Below, in pieces: positions 49,945 to 59,815 of a stretch of 64,000 nucleotides of DNA. This DNA is from an uncultured Gammaproteobacteria bacterium. GTDB lineage: Bacteria; Patescibacteriota; Patescibacteriia; 2-12-FULL-60-25. Numbering within the stretch: position 1 is the first letter of the stretch; each line of letters begins with the position of its first letter. Position numbers and translations under genes: made by a program. The stretch lies in contig CAZKEE010000001.1 of NCBI GenBank assembly GCA_964551765.1, positions 33,458 through 97,457 of the forward strand, in the 5' to 3' direction. Below the pieces are notes generated by a model that was not told where the DNA came from, did not search any database, and was given only the letters and a program-made list of their open reading frames with translations.

Positions 49945-50865
49945 ATGACGACGGCAGAAGTGGACTCGCAGGTATTGCGTATCCCACGGAGGCGCATCCG
50001 TCTCTTCGACGGCCAACCCCGGAAGTTCTTCGACCCGGTCAAGCTCGAGGAGCTCGCGACCAGCATCAAGGAGATCGGCCAACGCGAACCCATCAAGGTC
50101 ATCCCCATCGACGGGGACCCGGAACACGACTACGTGCTCGACGACGGCGAGCGTCGTCTCAAGGCCTGCGAAAAAGCGGGCATCGAGACCATGCGCGCCC
50201 TCATCTGCACCGACATCAAGCCGGGCTACGAGCAGTTCGTCGACTCGGTCGTGTCGAACTTCGGACGCGAGCCGCATACCCCGCTCGAATCGGCGCGCGC
50301 CATCAAGCGCATCCTCGACGACCCGGAGTTCCCCGGGCGCGGCTTGAGCCAGCACAAGCAATACCTCATGATCGCCCGCATGTTCGCGCGGTCGTACTCC
50401 TGGGTGGCCATGACGGTGCGGCTCCTCGACGAGCTGCACCCCAAGGTCCTCGCCATGCTCGAACCCGACGTGCCCGAGGAGCAACGCCTCGGCCTCGCCA
50501 TGGCCGACTTCCTGGCCAGCCTCAAGGACAAGGACATCCAGCTCGTCATCGCGAGCCGCGTGGCGTCCAAAGGCCTCAAGCTCAACCAGGCGCGAGCCGC
50601 GGCACGCCAGCTCGCCAAACAGCATGGCGTCCAGCTCGGCAACCCCAAGAAGCCGTCGGACCAGTTCCGCACCCTCCAACGCTTCATCCACCGCATCGAC
50701 GAGGACGCCGAATACGTCCTCGACATGTCGAACAAGAAGCTCAAGGAGATGCTCGCGAGCCGCGGCAAGAACGAGCTCAATGCCCTCGCCGACACCATCG
50801 ACGAGCGCATGAAGCAGCTTGGCGAGCTGTCCCAAGCCATGCGTCGCGCCGCGAACGGACGCTGA
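49945..50865 (+). CDS. ParB/sulfiredoxin-like N-terminal nuclease domain protein, stand-alone
   Basis: AAAGGAGG RBS. DGERRLKA motif equals the ParB GERRxRA box. No ParA adjacent. Confidence 0.6.
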   Translation: MTTAEVDSQVLRIPRRRIRLFDGQPRKFFDPVKLEELATSIKEIGQREPIKVIPIDGDPEHDYVLDDGERRLKACEKAGIETMRALICTDIKPGYEQFVDSVVSNFGREPHTPLESARAIKRILDDPEFPGRGLSQHKQYLMIARMFARSYSWVAMTVRLLDELHPKVLAMLEPDVPEEQRLGLAMADFLASLKDKDIQLVIASRVASKGLKLNQARAAARQLAKQHGVQLGNPKKPSDQFRTLQRFIHRIDEDAEYVLDMSNKKLKEMLASRGKNELNALADTIDERMKQLGELSQAMRRAANGR

Positions 50866-50868
50866 CCC

Positions 50869-50895
50869 TCCCGACCTCTCCGGTCGGTTTTTTCA
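50869..50895 (+). terminator. Rho-independent terminator
   Basis: ccgacc-tctcc-ggtcgg followed by tttttt. Confidence 0.75.
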
Positions 50896-50926
50896 TGCCC
50901 GCGATGGCCTGCTATGCTTGTCGCCT

Positions 50927-51103
50927 ATGCGATGCGCCTCACGTCTCCTCCTGGCCGCCGCCGCGCTCGCCCTGCTCGGCGCCGGCTGCGCCGACGATCA
51001 GCGTCCCGTGTCGGTCTCGAACGGGCAGACGGACGAGATACGCGCCTCGTCCGACATGTTCCCGCAGGGCATGCAGGTCCAAGTGACGGCCACCGTCAAA
51101 TGA
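50927..51103 (+). CDS. Small lipoprotein (58 aa)
   Basis: LLGAGC lipobox. Short ORF with weak support. Confidence 0.3.
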   Translation: MRCASRLLLAAAALALLGAGCADDQRPVSVSNGQTDEIRASSDMFPQGMQVQVTATVK

Positions 51104-51130
51104 AAACCCCCGCGAGCAGGGCGGGGGATG
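51104..51130. terminator. Bidirectional hairpin terminator
   Basis: cccccgc-gagcagg-gcggggg. Confidence 0.5.
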
Positions 51131-51137
51131 TCGTCTT

Positions 51138-52010
51138 TCAGCGTTCGAGGAGCTTGGCGAAGGCCTGGATGTTCTCGGGGACGGCCTCGGCCTTCATGGC
51201 ATAGAGGTCGTCCTTCTTGTGCACGTTGCCCCGCATCACGGTGCGAGCGGCGACATAGCCGGCCTCCTTGGTCTTGTCCTGGACGGTCTTGTCGAAACCG
51301 CCATAGGGATAGGCCAGGAAATCCGGCTCCTTGCCGATATTGTCCTTGATGGCCTTGCGGCTGTCCGTGAGCTCGTAGACCAGGCGCTTCTCCTGCATGC
51401 TCCGCGAGAGCATGGGGTGGGTGCGCGTATGCGAGGCGATGGTCATGCCCGCGGCGTCGAGCTCCTTCATGTCCTTCCAGGTCATGAGGGCCGGGCCTTG
51501 GGTCGCCGTGGTGACGAAGAAGGTCGCCGTCATCTTGTGCCGCTTGAGGAGCGGGAAGGCATTGACGTGCTGGGTCTTCCAGCCATCGTCGAAGGTCAGC
51601 ACGACGGCCTTTTCGGGCACATTGTTGCCGGTCCGCATGCAGTCGACCAGGCGTCCGTATGAAATGACGTTGTAGCCATGCGCCTCGAGATAGTCGAGCT
51701 GCTTGTCGAGGGCGTTCGGGGGGACGTTCAAGGAACGCGCCACCGGGCCTTCGCTCGCGAAATGGGCCTGGATGTGGTGATACACCAGGACCGTCGCCTT
51801 GCATTCCGAGACCTTTTCGGGCTCTGGAGGCGGGGCGGGAGCGGCGTCTTCGGGCGAAGCGGCATCAGCCTCGGAAGGAGGCGGAGGCGGCGGGTCGTCG
51901 ACCTTGCTCGTGGGTTGCGAACGGCCATGTTCGCGCATGACGACGGCGGAAAAACAGGCCAAAGAGATCGCGCCACAGGCGACTGCCAACACGACATGGG
52001 AACGCCTCAT
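51138..52010 (-). CDS. Polysaccharide deacetylase (NodB homology domain), membrane-anchored
   Basis: VVLTFDDGW motif 1 and HTRTHP motif. TM plus Pro-rich linker. Start at MRRSHV, not the tool's upstream Met. Confidence 0.75.
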   Translation of the reverse strand: MRRSHVVLAVACGAISLACFSAVVMREHGRSQPTSKVDDPPPPPPSEADAASPEDAAPAPPPEPEKVSECKATVLVYHHIQAHFASEGPVARSLNVPPNALDKQLDYLEAHGYNVISYGRLVDCMRTGNNVPEKAVVLTFDDGWKTQHVNAFPLLKRHKMTATFFVTTATQGPALMTWKDMKELDAAGMTIASHTRTHPMLSRSMQEKRLVYELTDSRKAIKDNIGKEPDFLAYPYGGFDKTVQDKTKEAGYVAARTVMRGNVHKKDDLYAMKAEAVPENIQAFAKLLER

Positions 52011-52112
52011 GGGGGCCTCCGTTGTGAAAGGGACCTCGACAGCAAACCAAGGCCGCAATGGGTTGACAAGTGCCCCTTTCTCTGATAGGTTCCGGCGCAC
52101 CTGGAGGATGTC

Positions 52113-52748
52113 ATGGAGAACGCCCCTTTTGTCATGCATGAGCTGTCGCTCGAGCCGACGGTGGGCCGCGCCTGCCCGCCGATAACGAGCTTTCCGGCCC
52201 ATATGGCCCGGTTGCCGCTCGTCTCCTTCGACTTCGATACGGACCTGCGGACCGCATTGCTTCCGCTTCTCGGTCGCGGCATCGCCATCACCCATCGGGC
52301 GGTCAGCCTGCTCGCGACCGTGCCGTGCCGACAGGTCGGCAAGACCTGGTACTTCGTCGAGACCGTGCCTTTGCCCCTAGCGGGCACCACGGCCGCGGCC
52401 GAGGCCCGGAAGCCAGGCCCGCGCGTCAGCTTGGGTGATGCCTATGAGCTCCTTGGCTCCTTGACCCTCCCCGAGGTCTTCGGAGACAAACGCGTCCTGG
52501 CCTTGGCCGGAGCCGTGGTCGAGCGCGAAAGTCCGGAACCCTCGATCAGCGGTATTTTCCGCAAACGGACGGCGCCACGCGCCCCAAAGGTCATCCGGGT
52601 CACGACGCTCATGAGCGCACCCGCCGAGGAGGGGGTACGTCTCATCGACACCATCGACGCGACGCTTTGCGGCGACATGGCCCGCGATGGCCTCGATGCC
52701 TGCACGCACTGGCCCGCGGGACATCATGTCCTGCTCGCCTATCGTTAG
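52113..52748 (+). CDS. Hypothetical protein
   Basis: GGAGG RBS. No motif recognised. Overlapping antisense ORFs were judged less likely. Confidence 0.35.
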   Translation: MENAPFVMHELSLEPTVGRACPPITSFPAHMARLPLVSFDFDTDLRTALLPLLGRGIAITHRAVSLLATVPCRQVGKTWYFVETVPLPLAGTTAAAEARKPGPRVSLGDAYELLGSLTLPEVFGDKRVLALAGAVVERESPEPSISGIFRKRTAPRAPKVIRVTTLMSAPAEEGVRLIDTIDATLCGDMARDGLDACTHWPAGHHVLLAYR

Positions 52749-52771
52749 ACCCGCCCCTGCGGGTCTTTTTT

Positions 52772-53332
52772 TCATCTCATCAACATGGCACGGGCGAAAA
52801 GCCCGATGAGCAAGATGCCCAGGAAATTGAAGGTATAGGACAAAGGGACGAAGAGCCGGTTCGGCATGCGCGAGATGCCCAGGATGAACAGGCCGAGCTC
52901 GTCCGGCAGGGGAGAGGCGATGACCAGGGCGCCGAGCAAAGGCAGCAGCCAGCGGAAAGCGCGCATCTGGGTCAGATGACGCAGACGCTGTGACGAGACC
53001 TGGTTGAGCAAGAACTCGAAATCGCTGGACAAACGGTCCTTGAAGAAACGGAAGATGATAGCATCGCCGCACAAAGCCCCTGCGGCGCCGATGAAGGCCA
53101 CGAGGAAAGGCGAATGGTCCTGGGACAAGGCGCCGAGCACGACCACGGCCGGGGCCGTGGTGAAGAGCGAGGTGAAGAACAGGCCGGCCACGAAGGCCGA
53201 CATCACGAACAGATCGCCTATCCTGCCGTTCACGTAGTCCACGAGGTCATAGCGCGCCACGAAGACCGCGAAGGCGATGCTCAGGGAGATGAGGGCCAGG
53301 CTGCGCAAGAAATGACGGGTGCGCGGTTCCAT
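52772..53332 (-). CDS. DedA/TVP38 family membrane protein
   Basis: 186 aa with characteristic re-entrant loop region (GxxxGALxGDxI pattern). The tool ORF to 53878 is an artefact. Confidence 0.65.
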   Translation of the reverse strand: MEPRTRHFLRSLALISLSIAFAVFVARYDLVDYVNGRIGDLFVMSAFVAGLFFTSLFTTAPAVVVLGALSQDHSPFLVAFIGAAGALCGDAIIFRFFKDRLSSDFEFLLNQVSSQRLRHLTQMRAFRWLLPLLGALVIASPLPDELGLFILGISRMPNRLFVPLSYTFNFLGILLIGLFARAMLMR

Positions 53333-53353
53333 GCCGCATACTATACTAGGCCG

Positions 53354-55180
53354 ATGCACAAACCGATAGCGCCGCTTCTCGTCCTCGCCGCCATGCTCGC
53401 CGCGTTCGCGCTCCGGGCCCTGGGGCTCGTCGCGGCGGAGCAAAGCGTCCTCGCCCTTTTGCTCGCGGCCGGTATCGGCGTCTATGCCTGGAACATGCTC
53501 GCCGAGCTGTTCCGAGGACATTTCGGCGTGGACCTCATCGCGCTCACCGCCATCTTGGCCTCGGCCCTCTTGGCCCAGTGGTGGGCCGGCGCGGTCATCT
53601 TGCTCATGCTGACCGGCGGCGAGGCCTTGGAGGCCTATGCCATGCGCCGCGCCCGGCGCCAGTTGGCCGCCTTGCTTTCGAGCTTGCCGACCGTGGCGCA
53701 TCTGAAGCGCGGCGAGATCATCGAGGATGTGGACCCGGCGCGCCTCGCCGTGGGCGATGTCGTGGTGGTCAAACCCGGCGAGACCGTCCCTGCGGATGGC
53801 GTGGTGCTTTCGGGCATCTCGACCGCGGACGTGTCGCGGCTCACCGGCGAAAGCCTGCCCGTGGACGTGGGACCGCATACCCGCCTCTATGCCGGCAGCA
53901 TCAATCAGGCCGGATTGATAGAACTACGCACCTTGTCCGACGCCTCGCAAAGCCAATATGCGCGCATGCTCGAGCTCATCCGCCACGCCGAGCAGAGCAA
54001 GGCCCCTATTGTGCGCCTGGCCGATGCCTATAGCGGGACCTTCACCCTCGTGACCTTCGCGCTCGCGGGGCTGGCCTGGGCCTTTACCGGCGATCCCTTG
54101 CGCGTGCTCGCCGTCCTGGTCGTGGCCACGCCTTGCCCGCTCATCCTGGCCACGCCCATCGCCATCATCTCGGGTGTGAGCCGCGCTGCCGGCCGCGGCA
54201 TCATCGTGAAGCAAGGCGGCGCGCTCGAGACCTTGGCGCGGGTCAAGGCCATGGTCTTCGACAAGACCGGGACCCTGACCTTCGGGAACCCGACCATACG
54301 CGACGCGTTCGGACAGGGCCTGACCCCGCATGAGGTCTTGCGGCTCGCGGCCTCGCTCGATCAAGCCTCGACCCATGTCTTGGCCGGGGCCTTGGTGCGG
54401 CATGCCGCGTCCCAAGGCATGGACATCGCCTTTCCCGCCGATATGCGCGAGATCCCGGGGAAAGGCGTCACGGGAACGGTGGATGGGCAGGCCTATGCGT
54501 TCGGCCGCTTGTCCTTTTTGGCGGGCCTCGGCGTCCGCATTCCCACGGACGCGCGCGCAGTTCAGGCGGCGGACCGGGACAAGGGCATACGCACGGTCTA
54601 TTTGGCACGCGACAAAGATCTCGTCGGCGGCGTGCGGTTTTCCGATACCTTGCGCGCGGGATTGGATGTCTTCATCGCGTCCTTGTCGCGACAAGGCATC
54701 GAGCATATCGCCATGCTCACGGGGGACAAGGCAGGCGCCGCCCGCGAGGTGGCCAAGGCCATCGGCATCACCCATGTACGGGCCGAATGCCTCCCCGAGG
54801 ACAAAGTGCATGAGGTCGAGGCCATACGGCGGGACCATGCGCCCGTCGCCATGATAGGGGATGGCATCAATGATTCGCCGGCGCTCGCCGTGGCCGACGT
54901 GGGCATTGCCTTGGCCTCGGATACGGCGGGCATGGCCTCGGATGCGGCCGATATCGTGTTGACCGTGGACGACATCACCAAGGTGGGCGAAGCGCTGACC
55001 ATCGCGCAGCGCACGGTCTCGGTCGCAAAGACCGGGATCTTCGTCGGCATGGGCTTGAGCTTCGGTCTCATGGGGCTCGCGGCCATCGGCATCATCACGC
55101 CGCTCTATGGCGCCGTCTTGCAAGAGGTCGTGGACGTCCTCGTCATCGTGAACGCCTTGCGCGCGCATCGCGAGGCCTAA
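53354..55180 (+). CDS. Heavy-metal translocating P1B-type ATPase lacking an N-terminal HMA domain
   Basis: CPC in TM6 (VVATPCPLILATP), DKTGTLT phosphorylation site, GDGINDSPAL hinge. Confidence 0.85.
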   Translation: MHKPIAPLLVLAAMLAAFALRALGLVAAEQSVLALLLAAGIGVYAWNMLAELFRGHFGVDLIALTAILASALLAQWWAGAVILLMLTGGEALEAYAMRRARRQLAALLSSLPTVAHLKRGEIIEDVDPARLAVGDVVVVKPGETVPADGVVLSGISTADVSRLTGESLPVDVGPHTRLYAGSINQAGLIELRTLSDASQSQYARMLELIRHAEQSKAPIVRLADAYSGTFTLVTFALAGLAWAFTGDPLRVLAVLVVATPCPLILATPIAIISGVSRAAGRGIIVKQGGALETLARVKAMVFDKTGTLTFGNPTIRDAFGQGLTPHEVLRLAASLDQASTHVLAGALVRHAASQGMDIAFPADMREIPGKGVTGTVDGQAYAFGRLSFLAGLGVRIPTDARAVQAADRDKGIRTVYLARDKDLVGGVRFSDTLRAGLDVFIASLSRQGIEHIAMLTGDKAGAAREVAKAIGITHVRAECLPEDKVHEVEAIRRDHAPVAMIGDGINDSPALAVADVGIALASDTAGMASDAADIVLTVDDITKVGEALTIAQRTVSVAKTGIFVGMGLSFGLMGLAAIGIITPLYGAVLQEVVDVLVIVNALRAHREA

Positions 55181-55218
55181 AAAAAGCTCCCCATCGGGGA
55201 GCTTTTCCGTTCTTCGCG

Positions 55219-55671
55219 TTATTGCGGTGTTTGATTGGTGTTCGTTCCCGTCGCGGCCTGCTTGCGAAGCATTTCTTCCTTATACTTGCGCATCATCTCT
55301 TCGCGCTGCTGGTCGGTCATGTTCTGGCCACCCTGACCACCATCGCCACCCATCATCGGCGGCTTCCCCTTCATCATGCCTTGGTCTTTCCCTTGGCCCT
55401 GGTCTTGGCCTTGCATCATACCCTGGTCTTGGCCCTGCAGCATCATGTCGCCTTGACCGCCTTGTCCCATGCTTTCGAGGTCCTTTTCGATGCGTTCGAT
55501 GCCGGACTCGATGCGTTTCCCTTGCAATTGCAAGGCGTTCAATTGACGCGAGATGACGACCATGGGGTTCTGTTGCGTCTGCTGCGGCTTGGTCGGTTCG
55601 GCGGCACCGGCGGAATAACTGATGGCGCCGCTCGAGACGGCGACGGCCGCGACGGCCAACCAGGCGGCCAT
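55219..55671 (-). CDS. Secreted Met/Gln/Gly-rich protein (candidate periplasmic Cu(I)/metal binder)
   Basis: Signal peptide then repeats GDMMLQGQDQGMMQGQDQGQGKDQGMMKGKPPMMGG. Convergent with the P-type ATPase. Confidence 0.5.
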   Translation of the reverse strand: MAAWLAVAAVAVSSGAISYSAGAAEPTKPQQTQQNPMVVISRQLNALQLQGKRIESGIERIEKDLESMGQGGQGDMMLQGQDQGMMQGQDQGQGKDQGMMKGKPPMMGGDGGQGGQNMTDQQREEMMRKYKEEMLRKQAATGTNTNQTPQ

Positions 55672-55848
55672 GCGGATATGCGAGGTGTCCTGGTCCGATG
55701 ACGGCATCGGGGCCGGGGCGGATGGAGCGCTCGGAGGCGCCAATTTACGAGCTCTTGGCATAGGTACGGTTTGTTTTTGACCTTCTAAGAGTGAATATGG
55801 GCGCAGTATACCACATGATATACTTCATCGCAGTTCCGACGCCCTTCC

Positions 55849-57525
55849 ATGAACGCCTTCATCGAGATCGGTCTGATGCTTGCCATAGCGACCGCCATGG
55901 CCTGCCTCATGCACCGGTTGCGTCAGCCGCTTCTCCTGGGACATATCCTGACCGGCATCTTGGTCGGGCCGGCCGCGCTCGACATCCTGCACGCGCAAGA
56001 GGCGTTCGACGTGTTGGCACGCATCGGCATCACGGCCCTGCTCTTCATCGTCGGCATCGGCTTGAGCCCCAAGGTCGCGCGCGACGTGGGCAAGGCCGCC
56101 TTGACCGCCGGCCTAGGCCAGATCCTGTGCACCACGGCCCTGGGCTTCGGCCTCGGCCTGCTCCTGCATCTTCCGCCGGTTTCGGCCTTCGCGCTTGCGG
56201 TCGCCTTCACCTTCTCGAGCACCATCATCGTGAGCAAGGCGCTCTCGGACACGCGGGACCTGGGCACGCTCTATGGCCGTTTGGCCATCGGCATCCTGCT
56301 CGTGCAGGACGTGGTGGCGACGCTCTTGCTCATCGCCCTTTCGGCCTGGCTGCAAGGGAGCGGATGGCAAGGGTTCCTGGTCCTGGTCCCCAAGGCCCTC
56401 GTGTTCGCCGCGGGGCTCTGGGCCGTGGCCCGCTTGCTCTTGCCGCGCCTCGCGGCCATGTTCGCGACCTCGCAAGAATTCCTCCTCCTCTTCACCATCT
56501 CTTGGGGCTGCGGCGTGGCCGCGCTCGCGCAATACCTCGGCTTGAGCATGGAGATCGGCGCCTTGGCCGCCGGCGTGGCCCTAGCCTCATCGCCGTATCA
56601 GTTCGAGATCGCGGCCAAGATGAAGCTCTTGCGCGATGTCTTCGTGGTCCTGTTCTTCATCCTGCTCGGGTCCCAGCTTTCCTTCGGCCATGCCTCGCGC
56701 CTGCTCCCCTTGGCCGGCGCCTACAGCGCCTTCGTGCTCATCGCGGACCCGCTCATCGTCATGGCCTTGCTCGGCGCCCTGGGATACGGCAAAAAGACGA
56801 GCTTCATGGCCGGCCTCACCGTGGCCCAGGTGAGCGAGTTCTCCTTGCTCATCGTGCTCTTGGCCGTGCGGAACGGGCGCGTACCGCCCGACCTCCTGAC
56901 CCTCACGGCCACGGTGGCCCTCGTGACCATCGCGGCCTCCACCGTGCTCCTGCAACATGCCGATCGGCTGTATCGCGCGCTTTCCCCGGCGCTCGGCCTG
57001 CTCGAACGCCGGACCGCGCAGCGCGAACGCCAGGCGCGCGAACGTTTTGACGCCATCTTGTTCGGCTGTCATCGCGTGGGCGCGGACTTCTTGCCCTCGC
57101 TCGCCGCCGAAGGCGGACGCTACTTGGTCGTCGACTTCGATCCGGACGTGGTGCGCGCCCTCGAGCATCGCGGCGTCCCGGTGCGCTATGGCGATGCCGA
57201 GGACAATGAGTTCCTCGACGAGCTGGACCTCAAGGGCGCGCGGCTCATCGTCTCGACCTTGCCCGACGTGGAGGCGAACGACTTCATCCTCGAGAAGGTG
57301 CGCCGCAAGAACCGGAGCGCCATCGTCATCACCGTGGCGCAGACCGTGGCCGAGGCGGAAGAGCTCTATCGCCGCGGCGCGAGCTATGTCGTCATGCCGC
57401 ATTATCTGGGCGGGAACCATGCCGCCTTGCTCTTGCACCGCTTTGGCACCGATGCCGCGCTCTTCAAAAAGGAAAAGGCCAAGCATGCGGCCTATCTCGC
57501 GCATCGGCGCGACGGGGAGGGGTGA
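55849..57525 (+). CDS. Kef-type monovalent cation:proton antiporter (CPA2) with C-terminal RCK/TrkA-N domain
   Basis: About 12 TM N-domain. LFGCHRVGADF Rossmann motif in the C-domain. Confidence 0.8.
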   Translation: MNAFIEIGLMLAIATAMACLMHRLRQPLLLGHILTGILVGPAALDILHAQEAFDVLARIGITALLFIVGIGLSPKVARDVGKAALTAGLGQILCTTALGFGLGLLLHLPPVSAFALAVAFTFSSTIIVSKALSDTRDLGTLYGRLAIGILLVQDVVATLLLIALSAWLQGSGWQGFLVLVPKALVFAAGLWAVARLLLPRLAAMFATSQEFLLLFTISWGCGVAALAQYLGLSMEIGALAAGVALASSPYQFEIAAKMKLLRDVFVVLFFILLGSQLSFGHASRLLPLAGAYSAFVLIADPLIVMALLGALGYGKKTSFMAGLTVAQVSEFSLLIVLLAVRNGRVPPDLLTLTATVALVTIAASTVLLQHADRLYRALSPALGLLERRTAQRERQARERFDAILFGCHRVGADFLPSLAAEGGRYLVVDFDPDVVRALEHRGVPVRYGDAEDNEFLDELDLKGARLIVSTLPDVEANDFILEKVRRKNRSAIVITVAQTVAEAEELYRRGASYVVMPHYLGGNHAALLLHRFGTDAALFKKEKAKHAAYLAHRRDGEG

Positions 57526-57539
57526 TATACTGACATCAT

Positions 57540-58310
57540 ATGTTCAAAGACCAAGAGATACGGCTCACCATGCCGGCCTTCATCCTGGGGCTCGCGGCCG
57601 TGGCCGCATCCCTCATCGGTGCGAACGCCGCGTACAAGCTCAAGGCCGCGGCCAATGCCGTCGCCGTCACGGGGTCGGCCGAACGCGTCATCATCTCGGA
57701 CACGGCCAAGTGGACCGCGAACTTCAACCGCCAGGTGGACCCCTCGCATCTCAAAGAGGGGAGCGACCAATTGAACAAGGACCTGAACGCCGTGCTCGCG
57801 GCCTTCAAGGCGAAAGGCATCAAGGACGGCGAGATCACGGTGCAGCCGCCGAGCACGAGCGGGGTGTGCGACAGCCAGAACAATGTCATCTACGGCGAGA
57901 AGGGCACGGTGTGCGGCGGCAACCATGTCTCCGGCTATAACTTGAGCCAGACCGTCATCGTGGAATCGCCGAACGTGGACACGGTGACCAAGTTGTCGCT
58001 CGACGCGCCGGGCGCGCTCACGGCGGCCGGGCTCATCTTCTCGAGCCAATCGCTCGAATACTATTACACCAAGCTCGCGGACGTGCGGCTCGAGCTCTTG
58101 GACGAGGCCACGGCCAATGCCAAGGAACGCGCCGAGCATGTGGCCAAGGCCACGGGCGCGCGCATCGGCCGCGTGACGAGCGCGGGGCAAGGCGTGTTCC
58201 AAGTGACCCCGGTCAATTCCACCGAGATCTCGGACTATGGCGTGTATGACACGACGGCCCTGCAAAAGAAGGTCACGGCCGTGGTGCGCGTCTCGTTCAG
58301 TTTGGAATAA
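57540..58310 (+). CDS. SIMPL-domain (DUF541) periplasmic protein
   Basis: TM/signal then SIMPL-like domain pattern. Confidence 0.55.
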   Translation: MFKDQEIRLTMPAFILGLAAVAASLIGANAAYKLKAAANAVAVTGSAERVIISDTAKWTANFNRQVDPSHLKEGSDQLNKDLNAVLAAFKAKGIKDGEITVQPPSTSGVCDSQNNVIYGEKGTVCGGNHVSGYNLSQTVIVESPNVDTVTKLSLDAPGALTAAGLIFSSQSLEYYYTKLADVRLELLDEATANAKERAEHVAKATGARIGRVTSAGQGVFQVTPVNSTEISDYGVYDTTALQKKVTAVVRVSFSLE

Positions 58311-58344
58311 AAAAGGTCCGCAGGAGGCGGACGAGGGGAAAGCT

Positions 58345-59130
58345 TCATGGATCGGTGAAAAGGGACAATTGTACGAATGACGGGCGGCCGCGCAGCACGA
58401 TCTCGGCCGCCCGACGGACGGCGGAATTCCGAGCCGTGACCGCGATGCGCATCAGGACCTTGTCCGCCCGTATCTTGCGCAGATGCGGCACGATGGTCTC
58501 GGGGACCGATGCATCGTGATACTTCTTCGGGTCGGGGACCGAGCCTTTGACATAGGCGCCTCGGACTCCCTCCGACAGCTCGCCGTCCGACTCGCACATG
58601 CGGCCTCCGTCGCCGCCATTGTAGCCGCGGCACATGAGCGGGGCGCTGGACCATCCAGGACTATCGTCGAACTCCTCCCAGCGCGCTTCGTAGTATCCGC
58701 CGAGGGTCTTGAGCTGAACGAAGAAGTCGCCGACGAATTCCGCTCCCCACATCCCGACAAGCTGGGTGATCCAGATGGGCGGGAAGACCAGGGTCTTGTT
58801 GAAGCGCGTCTTGGTCACGATGATGCTCGCCGTATAGGAGCTCGCGCCGCTCACGTCGTTTCCTTCCAGGATGCCATCACGCGAGCCTTGCTCCGTCTCG
58901 AACCCTTTCTCGAGAAGCAGGTCAAAGACCGTGGCTTGACCTTGTTCCCGCGACAATAAGCGGCAGGTCGGTCCCGGGATGAGGCTGAAGGGACCTTCGA
59001 GCATCACGCCGACCACGAGATGGGCCGTCCAGCGCCTGCCGTCCAGCGCGTCCAGACGCCACAGCTGACCGCGTTCCTCGAAAAAACATCCGGGCTCCGC
59101 TTTGAGCGGCGCCTTGCGCATTCTCTTCAT
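58345..59130 (-). CDS. Hypothetical protein
   Basis: 261-aa ORF. No motif recognised. Confidence 0.4.
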   Translation of the reverse strand: MKRMRKAPLKAEPGCFFEERGQLWRLDALDGRRWTAHLVVGVMLEGPFSLIPGPTCRLLSREQGQATVFDLLLEKGFETEQGSRDGILEGNDVSGASSYTASIIVTKTRFNKTLVFPPIWITQLVGMWGAEFVGDFFVQLKTLGGYYEARWEEFDDSPGWSSAPLMCRGYNGGDGGRMCESDGELSEGVRGAYVKGSVPDPKKYHDASVPETIVPHLRKIRADKVLMRIAVTARNSAVRRAAEIVLRGRPSFVQLSLFTDP

Positions 59131-59237
59131 GTGCTCCTCTTTTCATCGAAAGGGCGTTGAACGTGCGCGAAAATACCATGGACCGGCCTTCGCGTCAATC
59201 AAAAACCCCCGGCTCCGGGGGTTTTTTCGTTTGCGAA

Positions 59238-59780
59238 CTATTTCCCTTCGCCCTTGCAGGAACCACCCTTGCCCATGCATTTCCCGCCCATGCACATGGC
59301 CCCGCCCTTACAATACTTGTGATCGAGCGAAAGCTTGCCGGGTCCGCCGAGCAAGAGCGCGATGGCGGTCGCGAGCAACATGAGGTCGGCATCGCCCTTG
59401 GGCAAGCTGAAACCCTTGGCCATGCCCCAGGCCACCAGCATATTGATGGTGATGAGGGCCGCGGCCTGACGCGTGCACAGGCCCAGGATGAGGGCCAAGC
59501 CGCCCAAGAACTCGGTCAAAGCCGAGAGATAGGCGAACAAGGTGGGCAAGGGGAAGCCGAGATTGGCCACCATGCCGGTGAACATGTCCATGCCGCCGAA
59601 CAATTTCCCATACCCATGCAGGACCAGGATGATACCGGCGGCCAAGCGCAGGATGAGCTTGGCTTTTGCGCCCTTCCAATGCTTGTGCATGTGGCCCGCG
59701 CCATGGCAGTCGCACCCGGAGGAGTTGCACGTGCCATCCGCGCATTTCCCGCAATGATCGTTCTTACAGCAGTCCATCAT
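59238..59780 (-). CDS. DoxX-family membrane protein with Cys-rich N- and C-terminal tails
   Basis: DoxX core (LRLAAGIILVLHGYGKLFGG...). Tails CCKNDHCGKCADGTCNSSGCDCHG and CKGGAMCMGGKCMGKGGSCKGEGK. Confidence 0.7.
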   Translation of the reverse strand: MMDCCKNDHCGKCADGTCNSSGCDCHGAGHMHKHWKGAKAKLILRLAAGIILVLHGYGKLFGGMDMFTGMVANLGFPLPTLFAYLSALTEFLGGLALILGLCTRQAAALITINMLVAWGMAKGFSLPKGDADLMLLATAIALLLGGPGKLSLDHKYCKGGAMCMGGKCMGKGGSCKGEGK

Positions 59781-59815
59781 AAAATGACGTGATGTGGATA
59801 AGTTACCCGTCTATA

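Noticed and set aside
52007-52390. Minus-strand ORFs overlapping the 52113..52748 hypothetical gene
   Set aside because: Less protein-like composition, and no RBS. The plus-strand ORF has a GGAGG site, but that call itself is low confidence.
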